NCBI GenBank assembly: GCA_964637115.1
Contig: CAZWVL010000013.1
Location: 1-22,441, forward strand
Source: an uncultured Methanosarcinales archaeon
Lineage (GTDB): Archaea; Nanobdellota; Nanobdellia; Woesearchaeales; ARS49
Direction: 5' to 3'
DNA length: 22,441 bases
Shown here: piece after piece, positions 8,030 to 15,700 of the stretch
Position numbering within the stretch: the stretch's first letter is position 1
How the letters are laid out: every line of letters begins with the position of its first letter
Translations under genes and position numbers: made by a program
The notes under the pieces: generated by a model
What the model was told of the DNA's origin: nothing
What the model saw: the letters and a program-made list of their open reading frames with translations, nothing else
Database searches by the model: none

Positions 8030-9693
8030 GGTTCCTAGAACTCGCACGGCTGTATGAAAAACTGGAAAAAACCAGCTCATACAACACGATGCGAGACATC
8101 CTAAGCAATTTCTTCAAAAAAACACCGAAAGATGAACTGGAGCACGCTGCCTACTTGACACTTGGACAGATAGCTTCACAATTTGCAGACATTAATCTTG
8201 GCATGGCTGGTAAAATGGTAATCAAAAGCATTGCACACGCCGGTGGAGAGAAAGAAGAAAGAGTCTTGCAGCAGACCAAAAAACTTGGAGATGTGGGAAA
8301 AGTAGCAGAAATGTATGCGGGCAAAGGAGCGCTAACGGTAAAAATGGTGTTTGAGACGCTGCATAAAATAGCAGAGACTTCGGGAGGCGGAAGCCAGGAA
8401 AAGAAAATAATTTTGCTGTCAAAATTGCTGTCACAAGCAAGCCCATTGGAAGCAAGATATCTGGCGCGCATAGTTCTTGGAGACTTGAGATTGGGTGTTG
8501 GAGACAAGACTGTGCTTGATGCACTTGCAATGGCATACACAGGCGGAAAAGAAGCCCGCAAAGAACTAGAGCAGGCGTATCACGTCTGTCCAGATGTTGG
8601 CGAAATAGCACTGACAATAGCTCATAAAGGAATGAATGGCATTAAGAAAATAGGAGTCAAACTGGGAGTGCCCATACAATCAATGCTGTGTCAAAGAATC
8701 AAAGACATTGATGAAGTTGAGAAAAAAATGGGCTATCCTGTTGTTGTTGAAGAGAAGTATGATGGTGAGAGAATACAGGTGCACAAAGAGGGCAATATAA
8801 TAAAATTATATTCAAGAAGACTGGAAGACATAACTCCACAATTTCCTGATGTTGTGGAAGCAATTAGAAAATCAGTCAAGGCAAAAAATTGCGTAATTGA
8901 CAGTGAAGTAATGCCCGTTGATGCAAAAGGCAATCTTCTGCCATTTCAAATATTGATGCAAAGAAGAAGAAAATACGAGATCGAACGTTATGTCAAGAAA
9001 ATTCCGGTTGCACTATTCTGCTTTGATTTGTTATTTGTAAATGGAAAATCAATAATTCGTGAGCCTTACAAGAAAAGATATGCACTTTTGCAAAAATACG
9101 TCAAAGAAACCAACAAAATTAATCTTGCCATCAGGAAGATATGCAGTGATGCAGACTGCATAGAAGATTTGTTCAACAAAACAGTAGAACACGGCGGAGA
9201 GGGAGTAGTTATCAAGGATTTGGAAGGACCATATGAAGCAGGCGTAAGAGGTTGGCACTGGATAAAATGGAAGCCTGAATACGTCAAGGGTTTAAGAGAC
9301 ACTTTTGATTTAGTTGTAGTTGGAGCGTATTACGGCAGAGGAAGAAGAGCAGGAACTTATGGCGCATTATTGTGTGCAGTCTATAACGATAAAACAGACA
9401 GATTTGAGACATTCTGCAAGCTCGGCAGCGGATTTACTGACAAAGAACTTGCGGGATTATTGAAAAAATTCAAAAAAATTCCTCATAAGCCAGCACGGCT
9501 GGAGATTTCAAAGTCAATGACGCCTGACGTCTGGTTTGACCCGCGCATTGTACTTGAAGTTATAGGCGCAGAAATAACAAAATCACCAAATCACACGGCC
9601 GGATATGCTTTACGCTTCCCTAGATTCTTGCGATGGAGAGAAAAAAAGCCAGAACAAGCAACAACAAAGAAAGAAATGCTCAAATTGGCATAA
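8026..9693 (+). CDS. lig: ATP-dependent DNA ligase (archaeal type)
   Basis: 555 aa. Motif I EEKYDGER (adenylated Lys), IDSEV, FDLL, EGVVIK, WIKWK, DLVVVGAYYGRGRRAG, ALRFPRF. N-terminal DNA-binding domain, no BRCT. Confidence 0.97.
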   Translation: MRFLELARLYEKLEKTSSYNTMRDILSNFFKKTPKDELEHAAYLTLGQIASQFADINLGMAGKMVIKSIAHAGGEKEERVLQQTKKLGDVGKVAEMYAGKGALTVKMVFETLHKIAETSGGGSQEKKIILLSKLLSQASPLEARYLARIVLGDLRLGVGDKTVLDALAMAYTGGKEARKELEQAYHVCPDVGEIALTIAHKGMNGIKKIGVKLGVPIQSMLCQRIKDIDEVEKKMGYPVVVEEKYDGERIQVHKEGNIIKLYSRRLEDITPQFPDVVEAIRKSVKAKNCVIDSEVMPVDAKGNLLPFQILMQRRRKYEIERYVKKIPVALFCFDLLFVNGKSIIREPYKKRYALLQKYVKETNKINLAIRKICSDADCIEDLFNKTVEHGGEGVVIKDLEGPYEAGVRGWHWIKWKPEYVKGLRDTFDLVVVGAYYGRGRRAGTYGALLCAVYNDKTDRFETFCKLGSGFTDKELAGLLKKFKKIPHKPARLEISKSMTPDVWFDPRIVLEVIGAEITKSPNHTAGYALRFPRFLRWREKKPEQATTKKEMLKLA

Positions 9694-9735
9694 GTGTCAA
9701 AAAGTTTTTAAATAGGTACCTGTGGCTGCCGTATT

Positions 9736-10095
9736 ATGAGTGGGGACATAGAACAACAGAAAGTTGCACGCTTTAATGATGCATTTGCAACAATATTGCA
9801 AGAACTTGGCTATAAAATCGCAGCAAGATTCGTCAGAAAAAGCGATGAATCTTCATACGAACAATGGAAGGGCACGCGGTTATGTGAGCGTTATTTCATG
9901 TCGCTTCCAGGCACGGACATAGAATGGCACCACCGCAAATTCTTGAATGAAACATTCAAAAAAGGAACGGCAGGCGTGTTTAGACTAGCGGTAATGAAGC
10001 CATCCAAGCTTGAAAAACTGGCAAAATCTTATCATCTCGGCAGCGATGAAGGCGTGCGCGTGTACAAAACACACGACCGACTGCAGTATGCATAA
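9736..10095 (+). CDS. Hypothetical protein (119 aa)
   Basis: Open frame. TATA TTTAAATA at 9707-9714, preceded by an AAAAG BRE-like stretch, ends 22 nt before the ATG. Confidence 0.7.
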   Translation: MSGDIEQQKVARFNDAFATILQELGYKIAARFVRKSDESSYEQWKGTRLCERYFMSLPGTDIEWHHRKFLNETFKKGTAGVFRLAVMKPSKLEKLAKSYHLGSDEGVRVYKTHDRLQYA

Positions 10096-10152
10096 CAGTC
10101 CACTGGACAACCGCGCATAGCGTATTTAAGCCGGCAGTTTTTGTGATTTTTT

Positions 10153-10734
10153 GTGAGGCAGAGCACACTTCTAGAGTTTGGACTAACTATTATTACAGAG
10201 TATATTCCAATGCGCAAATATCCGTATAAGTCAAGACACGGGTTGGCTGAATTGCAGCTTAGGAAAAGACTCGAAAAACAAGGCTGGCAAGTATGGCGAG
10301 GAGGGTTTGTGCACGCGATCGCAGCAGATGTGTATCCTGCTGTAAAAAAGAGATATATGCAGCTGGCGGAGCTGGTGATGGAAATATATGGAGAACGATC
10401 GCTTGATTTCCTTTGTTATTTATGCGCCGTTCATCACGGCATGCCGGATTTAGTTTGTTATCATCCAGCATTACAGCAGTTCAAGTTTGTAGAGTGCAAA
10501 TTTGGGCACGAACAATTAAGCAGCAGGCAGGTAATGACGATAAAAAGGCTGCAGGATGCAGGCTTTAATGTGGAAGTTCACAAATTAGTGGAAGAATGCA
10601 CAAAGACGCGCAAGGCGGAATTAAATTTAGTTACGAAAGAGAAAAAAGTGCTTGAAAAGGAGATGAAACTAACGCAATTTGTTTACAAAGGAAAACCGCA
10701 CGTTAGAAGAATAGAAGTAAAAGTGTGCGATTAG
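10153..10734 (+). CDS. VRR-NUC domain nuclease (PD-(D/E)xK)
   Basis: GMPDLVCY...FKFVECK...EQLSSRQVMTIKRLQDAGFNVEV is the VRR-NUC signature. TATA TATTTAAG at 10123-10130 ends 23 nt before the GTG, which supports this start over the ATG at 10210. Confidence 0.88.
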   Translation: MRQSTLLEFGLTIITEYIPMRKYPYKSRHGLAELQLRKRLEKQGWQVWRGGFVHAIAADVYPAVKKRYMQLAELVMEIYGERSLDFLCYLCAVHHGMPDLVCYHPALQQFKFVECKFGHEQLSSRQVMTIKRLQDAGFNVEVHKLVEECTKTRKAELNLVTKEKKVLEKEMKLTQFVYKGKPHVRRIEVKVCD

Positions 10735-10910
10735 CGCTTGTTAGGCATATATGCCGGCTTCTGATACAAGGTATCAAAGCGGTTGTATGTCTCGTAATTG
10801 CGCCTGGTTTCATCAGGGTCTGCCTGTCTCTGCGGAGTAGGACAGCCAGTCTGCATCAATGCAGCTGCTGACAATACAATAGCAGTCAAACATCTTTTTA
10901 TTGTGTTCAT
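10731..10910 (-). CDS. Small putative lipoprotein (59 aa)
   Basis: MNTIKRCLTAIVLSAAALMQTGC|PTPQ...: basic N-region, hydrophobic H-region and TGC lipobox-like end. TATA TTTAAATA at 10933-10940 ends 23 nt before the ATG at 10910. Stop interlocked with the VRR-NUC stop. Confidence 0.65.
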   Translation of the reverse strand: MNTIKRCLTAIVLSAAALMQTGCPTPQRQADPDETRRNYETYNRFDTLYQKPAYMPNKR

Positions 10911-10945
10911 AATAGTCACTAAGTAGTGGTGATATTTAAATCTTT

Positions 10946-11554
10946 CTATTGGTGCAGTAGTTTATAAAGGCCTCTATTGCGCTCTTCACGAGTAAGCTCA
11001 TCATCGTGGTTCTCGTCCATCAAGGCTTCAATAGTCGGCTGGAAAAGCTCATACTTGGAATACAGCTCTTCAAGCTGCTCTTCATCCGTTTGTGACGGAT
11101 GAGGCGCAACCTTGGGACCCCTGTATTTATTCAGCAATTTGCCCATTGGCGTCATCGGATTTAAGGTATCATCAATCACCTTCTTGATATTTCCCTCCAT
11201 TATATTTGGTCCTTGTCGGCTCAAAATGTAACACCAATTGTTCCAGACACGAGAATCATGCCATCCATACTTTCTTGCCAAATCCTTATGGCCCTGCTCC
11301 AAACTTACGTATCCGTTCTTTGTGAAAATAAGCCTGCCGTGCACTGTTTGCACTTCCTTTTCATCGGACACTTCTTGTGAGACAAATTTATGGCGCTTTT
11401 CATAACAGAAAGTCATCAAGCCAATGCCAACACCAACACCGCAGACAAACGCCATAACATAATTTTTCAAGCTCTTCAAGGGATTGCCATCATCACGGTG
11501 ATAGCGCCTTCTAAAGTGCTCTTCCTCAAAATCATCCGGATTTGATTCTTTCAT
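10946..11554 (-). CDS. Single-pass membrane protein with C-terminal EF-hand-like loop
   Basis: 202 aa from the ATG at 11554, with SD GGAGGTG at 11561-11567. TM segment YVMAFVCGVGVGIGLMTFCY and loop DENHDDELTREE. Confidence 0.8.
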   Translation of the reverse strand: MKESNPDDFEEEHFRRRYHRDDGNPLKSLKNYVMAFVCGVGVGIGLMTFCYEKRHKFVSQEVSDEKEVQTVHGRLIFTKNGYVSLEQGHKDLARKYGWHDSRVWNNWCYILSRQGPNIMEGNIKKVIDDTLNPMTPMGKLLNKYRGPKVAPHPSQTDEEQLEELYSKYELFQPTIEALMDENHDDELTREERNRGLYKLLHQ

Positions 11555-11732
11555 AATTTTCACCTCCAAACATGCAATTGTACAATGCAGGGAAATATTT
11601 CTTCAAATGCTCTACGTGATCGCCTTCACGCAAAGGTGGCGCAGAGTCGTATTCGGCACGGATAGCCATGTGCGTCTCAGTGCCATCCGGCTCAATCCTT
11701 CTCAACAACAAATCCAAGCGTCTTAATTCCAT
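11532..11732 (-). CDS. Small hypothetical protein (66 aa)
   Basis: SD-like GGTGAT 5 nt before the ATG. Its 3' end contains the SD and start of the downstream gene (23-nt overlap), which suggests coupling. Confidence 0.55.
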   Translation of the reverse strand: MELRRLDLLLRRIEPDGTETHMAIRAEYDSAPPLREGDHVEHLKKYFPALYNCMFGGENYERIKSG

Positions 11733-11830
11733 TTTATATCACCAAAAAACAACAAGACGAGGTAGTTAAAGAGTTTATCGACGAGAAAATTGGAAAGTTT
11801 ACGAAAGAACTTGGAAGATTTACAAAAATT

Positions 11831-12952
11831 TTACTTTTTTCCGAAAATCATGTTTTGATATATGCGGTCAGGCTCTTCTGTTGCAATAGCGTTCATCTTG
11901 CCAGTATACCACTCGTGCAACTTTACAATCTTTGGATTAACTGCCCGGCCCTGGGCTATATCGTGATGAGAACTAATGCCTCCGATATCAGTAATAACTA
12001 AATGCGACTTCTGTTTTTCAATTGCTCTTGCAGCAGCTGCAACCTGACTGAGAGCAAATTCCCTGATAATTGGGCCGCTCACGCCGCCTTTATGGGTTTG
12101 CGTGTAATAGTCAAACAACGCCAAATCTTTCTCGTGAACATGCTTGCGCAATTCAGCGTAATTAATCTGTGTATTAGTTAACGCAAGACCATCAACATCC
12201 ATCTTAGTCATAAATTCGACAGTGTATTCTGCATTGCCTGCATCGCGCATTTTTACCCACAAGGGCTTATTGATGCTATAGTGCTCATAATGAGTTTCGC
12301 AAATGCCTAATACTGTCTTTAAACGCAATTCAAGACCTGCGTCGCTGTGTTGTGTGTTCGGACAACTTTCGTTCAGCTCAAAACCATCAACATAGGGAAT
12401 AAGCTTCTGTACGCATTTCACAATGCCTGCAAGCTTCTGTTTTTCATCCTTGTGAGCAGGATGACCCATGACGCTCGCAATTATGGGAAAATCTATTGGC
12501 GCGAATACGTCTCTGAAATATCTTACATTACTTACAACATTATCAATACCGTGACTTGGCAGTCCAAGAGAATTAATCGCGGAATTAGAACACGGCAGTG
12601 GAGTCCAAGGATTTGAGCGCCCGCCATATGTTGAAATGAGGTTTCCACTCCAAGGTTCGCTCAAAACAGTGCCGACGACCGCGCCGCCAGCGCCAAGAAG
12701 ATAATTAAATGCCAATAATTTGCCGTCCTTGTCCAAACCAGCAGCATTCATAAGACAGTTCCTAAACTTTAAGCCATGAACATCTACTTCCTCGTGCGGC
12801 ACATCAGCTACATGCCTGCAAGAAGCAAGCATATCAAGAAACCAGGTTCTTGTGCGAGAATACAATTTGATGAAAGCTTCGGGAGGCAAAATATTTTTCA
12901 AATGCGGCCGAATTAGATGGTCTAATGTTGCGGCCAGAAAAGCTTTCTTCAT
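11831..12952 (-). CDS. pyrD: Dihydroorotate dehydrogenase
   Basis: 373 aa. NAAGLDKDG, INSLGL, ELNESCPNT, LWVKM, LTNT, GGVSG, IGGISS. ATGA overlap with purN. Confidence 0.9.
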   Translation of the reverse strand: MKKAFLAATLDHLIRPHLKNILPPEAFIKLYSRTRTWFLDMLASCRHVADVPHEEVDVHGLKFRNCLMNAAGLDKDGKLLAFNYLLGAGGAVVGTVLSEPWSGNLISTYGGRSNPWTPLPCSNSAINSLGLPSHGIDNVVSNVRYFRDVFAPIDFPIIASVMGHPAHKDEKQKLAGIVKCVQKLIPYVDGFELNESCPNTQHSDAGLELRLKTVLGICETHYEHYSINKPLWVKMRDAGNAEYTVEFMTKMDVDGLALTNTQINYAELRKHVHEKDLALFDYYTQTHKGGVSGPIIREFALSQVAAAARAIEKQKSHLVITDIGGISSHHDIAQGRAVNPKIVKLHEWYTGKMNAIATEEPDRIYQNMIFGKK

Positions 12953-13839
12953 CCGGTAATTACCTTCCCATCAGGAATCGGCTCTTTGTCAAAATACATG
13001 CTGCCTTTCTCATCGCGCGCATACCTTCCTTCCGCGATGTATTGCAAGACTTTAGGAAAAATCACCCAGTCACCATTTACTTTCAAACGCTCTTGGCAAT
13101 CCTTGGCAATTGAAACCAAAGGTATTTTTCCGGCCACGTCAGGCATAGTTTTCACGCAATCAATAAGCTCACCAAGCGACTTTTTGCCACCCATCAAAGC
13201 AATTTTTTCCAAAGCCGAAATTTCAGGAACTAACTGTGGAGCGGAAACAGCAAGAACAGGCCCGCAATCAAGCTTGTCAGTCACGATATGGACGGATGTA
13301 CGCACTTCTTTTTCTCCAGCCAAGATTGCTTTTGCACTTGGAATCCAGCCAAGGCCAGTATACTTTGGCTTGCCGGCGTTCTTGCCTGAATCGTATTTGG
13401 CGCGCAAATCACCAGGGTGCACGTTAACAGTCAAGATGGTATTGCAAATCACAGATGTCTTCACATATTCATCGCCAGCCAGCGCCACGCAGTCAATGCC
13501 ATGCGCAGACAACAAATTCAGTGTAATGTTGTCGTATGCTCTTCTAATGGGCATATCCTTGTCTTCCTTAATGCTATCAAGTCCACGCGCCTTGAAAAAA
13601 TCAAGAAAAGAATGAAAAAGAACAGGCAACGTCAAGCCTCTGGAGGAATATTCAGTGCTAATCTTCACGGCATTGGAAGACGGCGTGCCAGTGAGCAGCA
13701 TTGCCGGCTCGTATGACGGCTTGCCGGCATCACGCTCAACAATATGGTGCTCAATAATCTTCCTTGTATTCGAGCCAGGGCCATCAAGAGAAATGGCCAA
13801 TCTCATTGGCAAACCGGGTTTGTACAATGGTGTTATCAT
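12949..13839 (-). CDS. purN: Phosphoribosylglycinamide formyltransferase (long form)
   Basis: 296 aa. ISLDGPGSNT phosphate loop, VALAG, VNVHPGDL (catalytic Asn/His), VHIVTDKLDCGPV (catalytic Asp). Lies within the pur operon. Confidence 0.85.
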   Translation of the reverse strand: MITPLYKPGLPMRLAISLDGPGSNTRKIIEHHIVERDAGKPSYEPAMLLTGTPSSNAVKISTEYSSRGLTLPVLFHSFLDFFKARGLDSIKEDKDMPIRRAYDNITLNLLSAHGIDCVALAGDEYVKTSVICNTILTVNVHPGDLRAKYDSGKNAGKPKYTGLGWIPSAKAILAGEKEVRTSVHIVTDKLDCGPVLAVSAPQLVPEISALEKIALMGGKKSLGELIDCVKTMPDVAGKIPLVSIAKDCQERLKVNGDWVIFPKVLQYIAEGRYARDEKGSMYFDKEPIPDGKVITG

Positions 13840-14885
13840 GCCGCTTCACTTCCAAAATAAGTAACGCCTTTTCCTTCAACCACTTCCCCAATTTTGTAAC
13901 TCTTCAGATTATGCTTTTCTTTCAAACGCGCCTGCAAGTCAGGAACAACGCCGCTTTCATTCACAACAGCAATCATTCCAATGCCCATATTGAAAGTCCT
14001 TCTCATTTCATCAATCTCAACTGGCCCATTCTTTTGAATGAAGTTAAAGATTGGGTGAACTGGCCAGCTGCCAACATTAACTATTGCGCCAAGACCATCA
14101 GGCAAAGCATTTGGAACTTTATTCTCCGGGCCGCCTCCTGTAATATGCGCCATGCCCTGAATCTTGTCAGGGAATTCGGCAAGAAGGTCCAAGGTTGGCT
14201 TTGTGTAAATGATTGTTGGCCGCAACAAAACGTCGGCAACGGTTTCGTTTAATTCCTCTATACGACTGTGAATTCCCAGATCGAGCCTATTGAAGATTAC
14301 GTTTCTTGCCAAACTGTAACCATTGCTGTGCAGGCCAGAAGATTCAATGCCAAGAAGCGTGGCGCCTTTGTGAACATTTCTGCCGTCAATAATCTTATCT
14401 TTTGCAACCCTTCCGACAACAAAACCTGCAAGATCAAAATGCCCTGCTTGATACATGTCAGGCATTTGAGCAGTTTCCCCGCCCATCAATGGAAAACCAC
14501 CAATTTTGCAACCTTCTGCAATTCCACTTATAATTTCATAATGCTGTTGTTCGTTTAGCTTGCCCATTGCCAGGTAGTCCAAGAAAAACATTGGCTCTGC
14601 GCCTACTCTACCGAGATCATTTACGCACATCGCAACCAAGTCCTGGCCAACTGTTGTCAATCGATTGGCCATGATAGCCACCAATAGTTTTGTTCCAACA
14701 CCATCGGTTGCTCCAATAATGTAATGAGTGCCATCATCATAAACTGCCTTGAATCCAGAAACATTTGGAAGAATACGGTCATTCCAAGTTGCTTTCAACA
14801 ACGGGTTGATTTTTTTCTTTGCTTCCTCAACTTTAGGCACATCAACACCTGAGCCTTTATACGTCATTGGTTTTTCTTCGGTCAT
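13836..14885 (-). CDS. purM: Phosphoribosylformylglycinamidine cyclo-ligase (AIR synthase)
   Basis: 349 aa from the ATG at 14885, with SD GAGGTGG at 14891-14897 overlapping the purQ stop. TYKGSGVD, DGVGTK, CVNDL, FFLDY, GGETAQMP, SSGLHSNGYSL, HITGGG, TFNMGIG. Confidence 0.96.
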   Translation of the reverse strand: MTEEKPMTYKGSGVDVPKVEEAKKKINPLLKATWNDRILPNVSGFKAVYDDGTHYIIGATDGVGTKLLVAIMANRLTTVGQDLVAMCVNDLGRVGAEPMFFLDYLAMGKLNEQQHYEIISGIAEGCKIGGFPLMGGETAQMPDMYQAGHFDLAGFVVGRVAKDKIIDGRNVHKGATLLGIESSGLHSNGYSLARNVIFNRLDLGIHSRIEELNETVADVLLRPTIIYTKPTLDLLAEFPDKIQGMAHITGGGPENKVPNALPDGLGAIVNVGSWPVHPIFNFIQKNGPVEIDEMRRTFNMGIGMIAVVNESGVVPDLQARLKEKHNLKSYKIGEVVEGKGVTYFGSEAA

Positions 14886-14895
14886 TTTTTCCACC

Positions 14896-15699
14896 TCAGC
14901 TATAATGTTCAACTGCGTTCCTGAAAACCTGCATTCCAGGGCCTTCTTCAGGCATTTTTTCACCTGAACGTCTCATCAAACTCCAAACATAAGTCCAGTG
15001 AGGCAAATGTGTGAATGCGATAGCTCTCTCAGGATGAGGCATCATGCCCAAAATCCTGCCAGATTCATCTGATACTGCTGCAATATCTTCTATAGAGCCA
15101 TTTGGATTTGCAGGAAGATCCTGGTGATTGCAAATAGTGCCTCTTATGTATCTCGCCGCAACCAAATTCCTTTCTTTGATCTGATTTAGCGTACTTTCTT
15201 CAGCGTAAAATTTTCCTTCACCGTGCGCAATCGGAACCATAAGACCATTCATATCCTTCAGCCACGGACTGTGGCTTTTGATAGCCAAATCAACCCATCT
15301 GCACTGATATCTGGGAAAATCATTGTGCATCAAAGCCGCAGTTGTTGCGTCGTACCTGCCATCAACGCCTGGCAAGAGGCCAAAGTTTACTAACAACTGG
15401 AAGCCATTGCAAACGCCAAGAATCAAATGGTCCTTATTTTCAGCAAACTTCAGCATATCGTCATGCAAATTATTCCTTATTCTGTTTGCCCAGACGTATG
15501 CGGAGCCAGTGTCGTCACCGTAAGAAAATCCTCCTGGGAACATAGCAATCTGATAATTATGAATTTTTTTTGGGTCGTCAATCCAATCGTTCATATGCAC
15601 GATGTCTGCACTTGCTCCAGCTTCCTCAAAAGCGAATTTTGATTCACGCTCGCAATTCGTGCCGTGCTCCTTCACAATCATTACTAAAGGTTTTGCCAT
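14896..15699 (-). CDS. purQ: FGAM synthase glutamine amidotransferase subunit
   Basis: 267 aa from the ATG at 15699, 1 nt after the purL stop. GTNCE, FPGGFSYGD, LGVCNGFQ (nucleophile Cys), PIAHGEG, NPNGS, MMPHPER. Confidence 0.96.
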   Translation of the reverse strand: MAKPLVMIVKEHGTNCERESKFAFEEAGASADIVHMNDWIDDPKKIHNYQIAMFPGGFSYGDDTGSAYVWANRIRNNLHDDMLKFAENKDHLILGVCNGFQLLVNFGLLPGVDGRYDATTAALMHNDFPRYQCRWVDLAIKSHSPWLKDMNGLMVPIAHGEGKFYAEESTLNQIKERNLVAARYIRGTICNHQDLPANPNGSIEDIAAVSDESGRILGMMPHPERAIAFTHLPHWTYVWSLMRRSGEKMPEEGPGMQVFRNAVEHYS

Positions 15700-15700
15700 A

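Noticed and set aside
10098-10108. GTCCA-C-TGGAC palindrome upstream of the VRR-NUC TATA (also TTGCGCAA at 5184-5191)
   Set aside because: Arms of 4-5 bp are expected by chance, and they do not resemble the other candidate operators.
9736-11732. Provirus or integrated element suggested by the VRR-NUC, ORFans, TA pair and holin-like gene
   Set aside because: No integrase, terminase, capsid, transposase, att-like repeat or tRNA target was seen in the window, and the promoters match the chromosomal pattern.
11732-11830. Protein-like plus-strand reading (KKQQDEVVKEFIDEKIGKFTKELGRFTK) and a loose 20-nt periodicity
   Set aside because: There is no in-frame start codon after the upstream stop at 11663. 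On the minus strand it is a U-rich tract after pyrD, consistent with a termination region. A gene remnant cannot be excluded.
13764-14252. Long antisense or alternative-frame ORFs inside core genes (also 5137-5430, 7087-7515, 12986-13615, 17201-17629, 19312-19779)
   Set aside because: They are nested in or opposite well-supported genes, with no motifs, SD or promoter of their own.
14886-14963. Longer purM start (and the 5-codon longer purQ start at 15714)
   Set aside because: Both overlap upstream genes. The SD GAGGTGG and the 1-nt coupling point to starts at 14885 and 15699.
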